The notes under the pieces were generated by a model. It searched no databases. It had not been told where the DNA came from and saw only the letters and a list, made by a program, of their open reading frames with translations. The translations under genes were made by a program, and so were the position numbers. From Lama guanicoe (taxonomy: Eukaryota), in assembly GCA_013239625.1 (NCBI GenBank), contig MU054323.1:15814029-15878028 (forward strand): DNA of 64,000 bases. Reading direction: 5' to 3'. Positions 56,801 through 64,000 of the stretch are shown piece by piece (within the stretch, counting starts at the first letter, position 1; every line of letters begins with the position of its first letter).

Positions 56801-59800
56801 GATAAACGAGAGTACAAATTTAACATCATGCACTTGCTTCCATTCATTTATTCAGCACTTACTTTGTGTTATGTACCAGACCTCTGCTAGATACTTTAAA
56901 ATATCTTGTTTAATTCTCATAAGGTAGTTTATCATCCTCACCTTACATATGAAGAAACTAAGATTCTGAGAAATCAGAATTATGGCAAACATGTATTTCT
57001 GGCATAAGATAAAGTAGTAAGTTTTGAAGCAAAGATTTAAATACAGGTCTATGCCATGTTGCCTTTCAATGTAATTGTAAATTATAGTTACAGTAATAAC
57101 AAAAAGTAAACTGTCATTGTAAGTGCTTACTTTGTCCATTTAAATGCTCAGTAAATCTCAATAGTCCTAAGAAGCTGCTCAGTCAAAATAGTTGAGTCAG
57201 ACTTGACTCCCCCTTTTCTCAAATCTCACATCCTATCCTGCACATCTCGCTAGTTCTACCTTCAAAAATGTATTCAGAACCCATTACATTTTGAATGTGT
57301 ATCACCTGTGAATATATATTCACACATTTTGTCACTATTACCCTAGTTGATCTCCAGCTTGGATTACTAAAAGAGTCTCCCTATGAGACTCTTTGACTCG
57401 TATACCCTTATTTCCCTTCCTCCCCTCAGTCTGCTCTGAATCCCTGCAAAGGATTCCATTTAAGATGGTGTCACTCTTTTGCTCAAAACTTTTCATCAGT
57501 TGTCCATCTTGCTGAAGTAAAAATCAAGTCCTTACAATGAGCAAGACCCAGTACCTCTAACTTCATTTTTTTCCATCCTCCTTCTCTACTCCAGTCACTC
57601 TTGCCTCATTATTCCTCAAACATTCCGAGCATGTTTCCCCTTCCCCTTACTGCTCCCTTGGCCCTAGAACATTCTTTCCTCAGATTTCACCTTTTCAGGT
57701 CTTTGCTCAAATAGCACCTTATCAGTAAAGCCTTTCTTCCCTACTCCTCGCTCTCAAGCATCATATCCTCCTAACCTCACTTTATCATGGCACTTATTAC
57801 CACCTAATATTTTATGAATGTATTCATTTATACTGCCTGTCTTCCCACCATGATTTAAACTTCATGCAGGTAGGATCTGTTTTCAACGTGATGTTTCTTC
57901 AGTGCCTTAGAACAGGACCTGGCATGAAGTAGCTACTTGAAAACATTAGTTGAATGAAAATATGAAACAATAATGCTAAAACCCAGACTCAAAAACATGC
58001 CAGTATACAACCTCCACACCACATGCCCTAATAACATATCACCTTTTCACGCAATTCAGCACTTTCAGGTAAACAGCAGAGCCGCCCCTACCACACAGAT
58101 ACATCAAAACCTAGGACAATAATTTCTATTTTTCACTTATTCTACCTCCAATTCCTTCCACAAATATAAAGCTCAGTAATAATCTTGACCATCCTAACTC
58201 CCATGAATTACCTAGTCTCATATGAATGGTGGTGGTGACAGGGAGGGGGGATTGCCAAAAGTGAAAACAAGTTTTATTTTAACTAAGATGGGCAAGGGGG
58301 CAAAAAATGACCAGTAAGTTTTCGGCACAGTGTGGCCTGTTCCTTATTCCCGAGGTCTGAAGGATGGAGGAAGTGGTGCAGGCAGGCCAGGAAGATGAAA
58401 GCATGGATTGCCTTTCACAGCTCTGCCCTGGCAACTTGAAAGAGCAGGACTGACAGGTTCCTGAAGAGACAAATTAGACCTAATCTTAAAGGTATTTTTG
58501 TTGACTTTGGTGTTAATGACTTCAGAACAGATTTGAAAATTAAAAGGAGGACACCAACTGATCCAAATTTCATCATTCATTCAATTTTAATTACCTACTT
58601 ATGTTTCTAGAAAAATTCCAATGGCAAAAGAAAAATGAAGGGATATGATCAAATTTAATGATGTTGATGTAAAATGGTTTTTAAAATATATTTTCAATTA
58701 TGCTAATGAGGGAGCCAAAGGCCAAAGATTTCTGCAAACTCTCTCCCCCTAAAATATATACTTGTTCTGTTTAAAAACTATGGCACATTTTCTAAGTTTC
58801 TCCATGGATGCTTAATTTAACTGGAGCACAAACCAAAAGATACTGTAAAAATGTAGTGTCCTTAATATGATGAGCACCAATGGGAAACCTACCTGAAGCT
58901 TAACATTTGCCATAAATAACACAGTAAGTAGTGGGTGGGTGGGTGGGTGTGGGTGGAGGGGAGACAACTGAAGAGTGACATCAGTTACAGGTAAATGGAA
59001 AAGTTAAACATGGAGGGGAGGGAGGTGACAGAGGTTGAGATAGCTTGGAAATTAGGCTTCCATGCTAGAAAGATAAGAGTTGTTTTCTTGTTTGTTTTTG
59101 AACAAATTAGTGTGGTTTATCTTACATTCCCTAAACTGGAAAAGAAATTAAAACTTATGCAGTTATATACAAAACTCATCACCCACAACTGTACAACATA
59201 CAGTTGAAGCCTGCCTTTAATACTTGCCTGAAGTCTGAAATCCACAACCTCATTTATGGGATGCATTGCTAATAAAGTTGAATTATGAATACATCTGATG
59301 AAGCATTCAAGCAGACTGGTCACTATACAGACATGGTCAGATTCATTATGAGAAAAATTACAAATATCAACAGACTAGATACTAAAGTAACATAACAGGA
59401 GGGATGAAAAAGTTGCCAAAGTATATAAACATGAAACTGGAGAAATAAACAATCAGAGGGAATCTTAGAAACCATAGGTCATTTCCTCATTTCATTCAAT
59501 TCCTCTCATAGGCTGTTCCCGGCCACCTCACCTAAAACAGCTGCCCCATCACACTCTTCTCCTGTACCCTACTTTTCCCATAGCAGTTGTCACTATGAAT
59601 CAGTATACTATACTGTTGCATTTGCTGGTTGTTTGCCTCCCTACTAAAACATAAGCTCTATGAGGGCAGAGGTTTTGTTAATCCCAAGGCCTAGAGGCAC
59701 ACAGCTGGCATTCAATAAATATGCTGAATTCATTGTTAATCCCAAGGCCTAGAGGCACACAGCTGGCATTCAATAAATATGCTGAATTCATAAATGATGA

Positions 59801-61309
59801 AACTTAAGTTCAGAGAGGTTAAAGGATTTCCTCAAGGTCACAGAGCAAGCACAGCTCCTACTATAACCCTTTCTGCTTGCTCTTTCCACAACCACTTCCA
59901 CTACACCAGAGCAGCCTGTTTCAGCACATGATTCTGTTTAACATGATTCTGTTTCTCCTTTTCTTTTTCTTAAGTGCCAAAGAAAATACATGCTACCAAA
60001 AAGTGACACAGTGGGTAGCATTTTAACTTCCAGCGTTTCACCAACTAAAATCGTACTCAGATTTCATAAAGCATGCAGGATCAGCCAGTAAAACAGAAAG
60101 GCAGAGCCACTCACAGTTCTTTAAGTTTCTTGTGAAATTGGTGTATGCCTTGTAACTTTTAAGAACAGCCACTGAAACCTACTTATCAATTCAGAATGGC
60201 CTGTAAAGTATCAGCCTCACTTTGATTCTTCTAAGAGCCCACAATAGCTCCTCCCTGGATATACTTTAACTTGCAGATTATGCAAGAAAATGTAACCAAC
60301 TTTAAAGCTCCTTTTAGTTACTTTTAAAATACAAGACAATCTCACAAAACCCTGACATAAAATTAACCCTTGGGAAGTTTTTGATTCTGAGAACAGGAAA
60401 CCATCTCTGAACCACCACCTGACTGTGATCATCTACGTCCTTCATTCAAAATCCATTAACCTGAATTACCTAAAAGAAACGCGGGAGGGGGTGAGGGAGA
60501 AAGAAGAGAAGAAATATTTACATATAAAAAAAGGGAGCTGATATTCCTAGTAACACTTTTGCCCAACAGCAGCTTCTTGCCCAAAGTCAAGGCCTCACAA
60601 ACACAACTTCTGCTGTCTTCCTTGATCACCTTCCTGACAGAGGTGCCAACTGTCAATACCTTTTACGGGAACCGTCCCTAGACCTAGGATGGGATTCACT
60701 AGGACAGGGGATGATTTGCTCATTTCTCAAAACTACAGTCAGTCCAATTAGTAAACTGAAAGGGAAGACCTAAAATGTGGACTGGCAAGAAGAGCTGAAA
60801 TGAGCCTGAGAGTTAAGAGTGGGAAGGAACAGGCGAAAAGGACCGGGGAAGGTAAACAACGCATCAGAGGCGGGAGTGGGAAGCCGGCTCGAGGAAGTGG
60901 GGTCGGCGAAAGGCAAAGGTGAAGGGAGGAAGGGGACCAGGTTCTGGGTGGGATGGGCGGGAGCAAAGGGGGAGGGGACGAGCGAGGGCTGAGAGGGGGA
61001 GGGGGAAGGGTCCGGGGCGGGGCGGAAGGGAGCGAAGAGGCGGGATGAAGAGGGCCAGGCCGGGAGGGTCTTTACCTGCAGCTCCGCCCGCTCCACCTCC
61101 CACTGGGCTCTCTCCACCTCGAAGCGGGCCCACTCGTGCTGCAGGAAGTGCAGGATACCCGGGAGGCTGTACTGGGCTCGGGTCGCCCCCGCCGCAGCCG
61201 CCCCGTCGCCGGCCGCGGCAGCCTCCGCCAGAGGCCCGAGACCCTTGGCACCGCCGGCGCCCGGGTGGTTGTTGCTGAAGAAGACGCCGGGACCCGCCTG
61301 CTCGTCCAT
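3420..61309 (-). CDS. STRN: Striatin (STRIPAK/PP2A B''' scaffold), coding exons 1-9, 3'-partial; join(61076..61309,34049..34152,27002..27075,18734..18812,16233..16400,14248..14383,10539..10674,6496..6606,3420..3563)
   Basis: Nine exons (234+104+74+79+168+136+136+111+144 = 1186 nt) join with compatible phases and no stops. The product, MDEQAGPGVFFSNNHPGAGG...HEWARFEVERAQWEVERAELQ|AQIAFLQGERKGQENLKKDLVRRIKMLEYALKQER|AKYHKLKYG...HEINRADE, is recognisably mammalian striatin. No exon 10 was found in 1..3419. Confidence 0.98.
3948..4021. repeat. 35-bp tandem duplication
   Basis: cctgaagctatggtaccc(a/g)ag(g/t)tgaaatctca(ca/tg)c repeated at 3948 and 3983. Confidence 0.9.
5252..5470 (+). mobile_element. 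Young 5'-truncated L1 with 15-bp TSD
   Basis: L1 3' terminus with AATAAA and A tail; perfect TSD aaatgtttatcagta at 5237-5251 and 5471-5485. Confidence 0.9.
6496..6606 (-). CDS. STRN: STRN exon 8 (EKEDQCLMPEAWNVDQGVITKLKEQYKKERKGKKGVK)
   Basis: Acceptor ctctgtttag|AA, donor A|gtaagt; 111 nt; lies within ORF 6470..6658(-). Confidence 0.97.
6949..7045. repeat. 46-bp tandem duplication
   Basis: tcaatttatgtaatgaagat(c/t)attaagagatt(g/t)tacaaaa(c/t)agtct at 6949 and 6995; three mismatches. Confidence 0.9.
7345..8290 (+). mobile_element. LINE-2 3' portion
   Basis: CT-rich L2 body (tatattcaactgc..tctcaaact; cagccagagtgat) ending in caatatttgttgaatga. Confidence 0.8.
8894..9020 (+). mobile_element. 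tRNA-Ala(AGC)-derived SINE (camelid Vic-1-like)
   Basis: Head gggtatagttcagtggtagagcgcatgcttagcatg..ggttcaat..cagtacctcca, followed by an A-rich spacer and the aaacctaattacc..ccccc body shared with two other copies in the window. Confidence 0.88.
9048..9069. repeat. (GGA)n microsatellite
   Basis: About 7 GGA units. Confidence 0.85.
9876..9922. repeat. Compound (CT)n/(CA)n microsatellite
   Basis: Directly visible. Confidence 0.8.
10539..10674 (-). CDS. STRN: STRN exon 7 (IVRKKVLPDSSEDRDTKEALKEFDFLVTSEEGDNESRSAGDGTDW)
   Basis: Acceptor gttttttcattag|ATT, donor G|gtaagc; 136 nt. Confidence 0.97.
11780..11945 (-). mobile_element. hAT-Charlie DNA transposon relic (MER102-like)
   Basis: aatcacagcacttt..cctcagaaatccttctcgacacagcactccagg..gctggcac..atgaaaccta resembles the reverse of the MER102 5' end as I recall it. 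Confidence 0.6.
14248..14383 (-). CDS. STRN: STRN exon 6 (KSELTDSASVLENFKFLESAAADFSDEDEDDDIDGREKSIIDTST)
   Basis: Acceptor ttttaaaccag|G, donor ACG|gtgagt; 136 nt. Confidence 0.97.
16233..16400 (-). CDS. STRN: STRN exon 5 (YLQEVGYTDTILDVKSKRVRALLGFSS...KETAMIG)
   Basis: Acceptor ctcttcacacacag|G, donor GG|gtgagt; 168 nt. Confidence 0.97.
18734..18812 (-). CDS. STRN: STRN exon 4 (DEGNETEVQPQQNSQLMWKQGRQLLRQ; calmodulin-binding segment)
   Basis: Acceptor gttttccag|AT, donor CA|gtaagt; 79 nt. Confidence 0.97.
20265..20590 (+). mobile_element. Old L1M 3' end
   Basis: tatatccattcagtggaac..aaaaggaatgaactact..agattagtggttgccagggg..aattacaccttaataaa. Confidence 0.8.
20672..20780 (+). mobile_element. 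L1 3' end stub
   Basis: atcaaatcactatgttgtacacctgaaactaat..gtaagtcaattacacttcaat followed by an A-rich tail. Confidence 0.75.
21520..22620 (+). mobile_element. Old L1M 5' UTR/ORF1/inter-ORF relic
   Basis: Degenerate ORF1-like segments (gaagaaataatggctgagaa.. = EEIMAE..; agatccaagaaactcaac) through to the ORF2 start-like atatcaataatcatattaaatgtaaa. Confidence 0.75.
22930..25385 (+). mobile_element. Long degenerate LINE-2
   Basis: Extended CT-rich L2-like sequence (ctcctggttttcctcc; ctcttcttactct; gtcaccttcgactctc) ending near gatgaatg; interrupted by a MER58A-like element. Confidence 0.7.
23221..23394 (+). mobile_element. MER58A-like hAT-Charlie MITE
   Basis: Termini caggggctagcaaa ... tctgctgacctg; degenerate 8-bp TSD ccttagtc / ctgtagtc. 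Confidence 0.85.
26035..26262 (+). mobile_element. MIR SINE
   Basis: ctggagtcagacaga..tgtgacctcaagcaagtt..gtaaaatgaaaata core. Confidence 0.8.
27002..27075 (-). CDS. STRN: STRN exon 3 (AKYHKLKYGTELNQGDMKPPSYDS)
   Basis: Acceptor tttctttgttag|A, donor G|gtaagc; 74 nt. Confidence 0.97.
28840..29007 (-). mobile_element. tRNA-Ala-derived SINE (Vic-1-like), sense to STRN
   Basis: Reverse-strand head (tatagctcagtggtag..ggtcctgggttcagtcctcagtacct) and A-rich tail; TSD tactga(t/a)ctgtt at 28828-28839 and 29008-29019. Confidence 0.88.
29792..29900. repeat. (TAGG)5 followed by a duplicated [(GT)14-15 + ctagaaaggggcctgg] unit
   Basis: 16-mer ctagaaaggggcctgg at 29839-29854 and 29885-29900, each preceded by a GT tract. 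Confidence 0.9.
30750..32495 (+). mobile_element. Degenerate LINE-2 interrupted by an L1MC-like fragment
   Basis: L2 motifs (aaaacctgggaatcattcttga; cagagtgatct; gagggacaaggattgtg; taatgaatg end). Confidence 0.65.
31582..32018 (+). mobile_element. L1MC-like 3' end
   Basis: acaactaaatgcaatatg..gatcctggaccag..aattggtgaatctgggtagaagggtatata. Confidence 0.75.
33730..33904 (-). mobile_element. Young 5'-truncated L1 with 16-bp TSD, sense to STRN
   Basis: Reverse-strand homologue of the 5252-5470 element; perfect TSD taatacagttgtttct at 33714-33729 and 33905-33920. Confidence 0.92.
34049..34152 (-). CDS. STRN: STRN exon 2 (coiled coil, AQIAFLQGERKGQENLKKDLVRRIKMLEYALKQER)
   Basis: Acceptor ttcttttccttactcag|GCT, donor AG|gtaatt; 104 nt. 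Confidence 0.97.
34531..35075 (+). mobile_element. 5'-truncated L1 (ORF2 C-terminus + 3' UTR) with 12-bp TSD
   Basis: ORF 34526..34762 includes the L1 ORF2 C-terminal motif MWYIYTTEYYSAIKNNEILSFATT; TSD aaaaagagtgaa at 34519-34530 and 35076-35087. Confidence 0.88.
35375..35410. repeat. (AAAAAC)n microsatellite
   Basis: About 5 units. Confidence 0.8.
36543..36628. repeat. Irregular array of AAATACTACA (6 copies)
   Basis: tactaca at 36551, 36573, 36583, 36592, 36606 and 36619, separated by variable A-rich spacers. Confidence 0.9.
36690..37330 (+). mobile_element. L1MC-like 3' end interrupted by a SINE
   Basis: aaacatcaggcaaactcaaactgagggacatttt..acattactgggacagctg [SINE] aaaatatgaatggggtctgaggattagatgg. 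Confidence 0.75.
36940..37090 (+). mobile_element. tRNA-Ala-derived SINE (Vic-1-like)
   Basis: A box tagctcaagtgg, B box ggttcaatccc, cagtacctcca, aaacctaatgacctcccc body and (AAAT)n tail. Confidence 0.88.
37425..39560 (+). mobile_element. Ancient L1 ORF2 relic (RT domain to C-terminus) split by a younger L1
   Basis: Decayed GTRQG..FNIVL..AIRQEKE segment (37430-37519) resumes after the insert as ..LFA[D/N]D..L.NPK (ttatttgcaaatgataat..gaaaaatccaagg). Confidence 0.75.
37520..38109 (+). mobile_element. Younger 5'-truncated L1 nested in the older L1, 13-bp TSD
   Basis: gatacatgcaccccaatgttcatagcagcac..gtaaatcaactatacttcaaaaaa; TSD aagaaagaa(a/g)ttt at 37507-37519 and 38110-38122. Confidence 0.88.
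41800..41982. mobile_element. MER5A-like hAT-Charlie MITE
   Basis: gcatcagaatcacctg..tttctgattca..ggggcctgagaatatgcattt..ggtgatgctgatgctgct..acacttggagaaccactg. Confidence 0.85.
45198..45246 (+). mobile_element. Ultra-short (~50 bp) L1 3' stub
   Basis: cacaacgctgtaaaatgactataactcaataaaaagaaatgttaaaaaa matches the terminus of the 5252-5470 element; degenerate TSD ..acactgtctt / ..atgctgtctt. Confidence 0.8.
48097..48304. mobile_element. Tigger2-derived MITE (MER8-like)
   Basis: Terminal inverted repeats agttgaccctttaacaa ... ctgttcgaggatcaact; TA on the left flank. Confidence 0.8.
50312..50478. mobile_element. MER2-like Tigger MITE
   Basis: tactacaccattttatataagggacttgagcatctatggattttggtatcc..ccaagggacaac. 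Confidence 0.75.
50901..51460 (+). mobile_element. Decayed TcMar-Tigger element with transposase N-terminal HTH relic
   Basis: From 51061 the + strand reads KLNASEKQGNKGDLLKNTAVKLDMVETTIKDW, similar to the CENP-B-type HTH of Tigger transposases; degenerate ends (tacagta..ttatcc / ggataa..). Confidence 0.6.
54450..55610 (+). mobile_element. Old L1 5' region/ORF1 relic
   Basis: aagagataatgactgagaattttgcagaactaatga..cagattcaag..aaagagaaaaatct-type ORF1 segments. Confidence 0.65.
56103..56282. mobile_element. MER5-like hAT MITE
   Basis: cattggttttcaa..agattctgattt..ttttaaagtttcccagattattctaa..gttaaaaaacacc. Confidence 0.6.
57200..57960 (+). mobile_element. LINE-2 3' portion
   Basis: L2 body ending in cagtgccttagaacaggacctggcatgaagtag..gttgaatgaa. 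Confidence 0.75.
59675..59791. repeat. Perfect 58-bp tandem duplication of an L2 3' end
   Basis: ttgttaatcccaaggcctagaggcacacagctggcattcaataaatatgctgaattca at 59675 and 59733, identical. Confidence 0.95.
61076..61309 (-). CDS. STRN: STRN exon 1 coding part (aa 1-78; caveolin-binding motif FLQHEWARF and start of coiled coil)
   Basis: ATG at 61309 in a perfect Kozak context (GCCGCCATGG); donor CAG|gtaaag; 234 nt. Confidence 0.98.
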
Positions 61310-61509
61310 GGCGGCCGCAGGAACCCGGGGAGCTGCCCAGGCGCCCAGCAGCGGAGGCAACGGCGGCGGCCAGCAGCACCTCCTCCTCCCTCCGCCGCTC
61401 CCCGCCCACACCCCAGTCAGCAGGGAGCAGCCGCCTGGGCGCGGGGGCCGGCCGAGCCCGGGACGGGCCGGGAAATGGGTCAACTGCGGCGCGCGGGCGG
61501 CCTGGGGCT

Positions 61510-61526
61510 TGCTGGGAAATGTAGTC
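61510..61526 (-). promoter_or_regulatory. ZNF143/THAP11-type promoter motif (GACTACATTTCCCAGCA)
   Basis: Reverse complement of tgctgggaaatgtagtc matches the ACTACAnnTCCCAG promoter consensus, about 200 bp upstream of the ATG. Confidence 0.75.
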
Positions 61527-61713
61527 GGGGGGCGTGGCGCCGGCGAGCGTGGCCCAGGCGGCCTGTGGGGCTGCGATCGGCTGGGTCGCTGCCGCGGCCC
61601 CGCCCCCGGCCCCGCCCCGGCCCGCAGCGGAGGTGGGCCGTCCCCAGCGGGGAGCGCGGGTTCCTCACAGGCCCGGCGGGGTACTGGCGGGTCGTTCTCC
61701 AGTCTCCCTCGCT

Positions 61714-61768
61714 CGCGGAAGTTCTCGGGCGGCGCTCCCTGTTGCACACACACACACACGCGGAAGTT
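61714..61768 (+). promoter_or_regulatory. Pair of ETS/GABP-type sites (CGCGGAAGTT x2) flanking a (CA)7 tract
   Basis: Identical 10-mer at 61714-61723 and 61759-61768, each containing CGGAAGT. Confidence 0.6.
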
Positions 61769-63167
61769 ATCGCCCCGAAGTGCCAGCCCCAGCTGCACGA
61801 CTTTTAGGGCTTCCTGGTAGTTCTGTTAGGAAACAAGCTCAAAGCGAGCTTCGCCGGTCCGGCCCCAGGACCGGGGTTCTCCAGCCGGGGCACTCAGCCT
61901 CTCCCTTCTGCTCCGACTTGGGTGATACTCCGACCCTAGACTCTTCCACAGTTCTTCCCTGTCGCTTTCGCCCCTGCCTTTTTCACTCCAGGTTCAAACC
62001 TGTTGCCCGATCAGTTTTCACTTAGAGGGAACTTCAATCATCCCTCTCCCGGACTCAAGCTTTCTGCTTCTTTCACATTCTGGGTAGTTGACACCTTGTC
62101 TGAAACACTGCTCTGCTGAAATCCCTTTCCCTTTGTAGTTAATCTTGCAGTAAATCCTGTAAAAGTTTCAGATATCCAAGGCTCTGTTATTTCGATCTCG
62201 GTTTTTCCTTATTCTAGAGCAGTTTACACTCATTTCAACAAACATTTGATTGTAAGTTCTGTCACTAGGGATATAGGAATAAATGATACCGTTCTCTTTA
62301 TCAAAGGGAGACTGGAAAATATACAGTCTTACAGTGCCTTAAAGTAACACTGCCTGAAAGAACAAAGTCCCTTTCTGCTCCCCAGATCTATCTTAGGTAT
62401 CTAGGCACTTCTGCCTTTTCTTTTGTCCTGTTCCCAGTTTCTTCCGCAGTTCACTTGCAAACTGGGAGTAGTATTAGCCTACTACTATTAGGCTATTAGT
62501 ATTAGGCACACCAAAATCTTTCAGGTGTTTCTAAATGTTATACTTCTCCCAAATCCTTGAAATTCTGTCACTATAAATTCACACTACTGTGATAATGAAA
62601 GGAAGGCACCTGAAAAAATTTCACAAATGAAATTAAGCCCTTATTTTGTCTCCATAACAAGTTATTTGTAATTCTTTTGTGGGATGGACTTCTGGGATAT
62701 CAGACCTGATGGCCATGAAAAAATGTAAAGATACAGGCTGGTGAGTGACATGTCAGGGAAGGACATCCTGTCCCTGTGACCCCCCACCCCACCTTTCCAT
62801 GACTACTATGGAAGGAACAGGAAACACATTGTATCTGCTCTGGTTGCAAATAAAGATGGCTAGCTCTCTTCTCCCAGTTAGTGAATGTTTCTGCTTTGTG
62901 AATTCATTCTTTATTGTAATAAAAGTTTGATGCCGGCCTGGCTAAATTCCCTGTGTCATAAATTATTTTGACTGTAAGTGTCCTTTGAGATACTGCCCAA
63001 TCCTTTCATTTTACAACTTAGGAAACTGAAGTCCAAAGAAGTTGAACTTGTTCATAATGAAGCTTTGAATGAGTGGCACAGCCAAAACTAGAAACCAGAA
63101 TTCCTGATTGCTAGTTCATTAATCTTTCCGTTAACAGGTTGCCTCCACTCTTAACTTACTGAAGGAA

Positions 63168-63610
63168 GAGAAATCACTCTCAAAGAGATAATCTGCATTC
63201 CCATGTTCATTGCAATATTATTTACAATAGCCAAGACATGGAAACAACCTAAGTGTCCCTCAATGGATTAATAGATAAAGAAGATGTGGTGTGTGTGTGT
63301 GTGTGTGTGTGTGTATGTCTGTGTGTATATATATATATATATATATGTATTATTCAGCCATAAAAAATGAAATCTTGCCATTTGCAACAACACAGTTGGA
63401 ACTCGAGGGCATTATACTAAGTGAAATAAATCAAATACCATATGATCTCTCATATATATATATATATATATATCACACACATATACACAAACACACAAAC
63501 AAAAAAAACCCAAGCTCATAGGTACAGAGAACAAATTGGTGGTTGCCAGAGGTGGAGGGTGGGAAAAATGGATAAATGGGGTCAAAAGGTAAAAAAAAGA
63601 AAAAAAAATT
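63168..63610 (+). mobile_element. 5'-truncated L1 (ORF2 C-terminus/3' UTR) containing (GT)n and (AT)n expansions
   Basis: ORF 63291..63521 includes YYSAIKNEILPFATTQLELEGIILSEINQ; A-rich tail at about 63590-63610. Confidence 0.85.
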
Positions 63611-64000
63611 AAATGTGTAGATAACTTGGACTACCACAGATATACAACAGCACTGCTTTAATTCCTAGTTTCACTTTATTATTACCTTTTTGCCTTTCAA
63701 GGACTTAGAAACACTCAAAATAGTATTTATGATCTATACAGTTACAAAATCTTCACTCAATACACCAAACTATTAACAGTGGTTATATTAAGGTGGAATT
63801 CTGAAGAAATTTACTTTTCTCTTTGTCCAAAAATTTACACATCTGGTAGTATTTCTTTTGTAATTTAATAAAAATCAACAAGATTTTTAAAATAAGACCT
63901 TCCCTTAGAGTTCTTTTGCCCTACATTGCTTTAAAATGATAAGGCCCATGAATCCTGTCATTTCCTCCTACACTGAATTAGCTTCTTAAAATGTTTTTGA

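Larger units (their letters stand above)
60830..61980. promoter_or_regulatory. CpG island / TATA-less promoter and 5' UTR of STRN
   Basis: Abrupt switch to very GC- and CpG-rich sequence around exon 1; GC boxes (CCCCGCCCC) at about 61597-61620; no TATA box evident. Confidence 0.92.

Noticed and set aside
60748..62025. Multiple long overlapping ORFs (91-342 aa) on both strands
   Set aside because: Expected from the low stop-codon frequency of a CpG island; only 61076-61309(-) matches a known protein and has a Kozak ATG and splice donor.
62000..64000. Exons of a neighbouring gene upstream of STRN
   Set aside because: No recognisable coding exon; the region is repeats (MIR, L1) and unremarkable sequence.

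Overview
Mammalian genomic DNA, AT-rich and repeat-rich, holding the 5' half of the striatin gene (STRN) on the minus strand. A CpG-island promoter and exon 1 lie at about 60.8-62.0 kb. Nine coding exons (61309 down to 3420) splice into one uninterrupted 1186-nt reading frame, about aa 1-395: caveolin-binding motif, coiled coil, calmodulin-binding segment and the acidic/linker region. The WD40 exons lie beyond the left edge. The introns carry old L2, MIR, L1M, hAT-Charlie and Tigger relics, several young L1 3' stubs with clean target-site duplications, and three tRNA-Ala-derived SINEs. These resemble the camelid Vic-1 family, so a camel/alpaca/llama genome is inferred. I see no evidence of a wholly new biological system. 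The best second-look items are a GC-AG donor after exon 9, a sense-oriented L1 poly(A) signal just behind an in-frame stop after exon 2, a ZNF143 plus twin-ETS promoter architecture, and several nested palindromic or tandem-duplication scars. Repeat subfamily names and old-repeat boundaries are from recognition by eye and are approximate.
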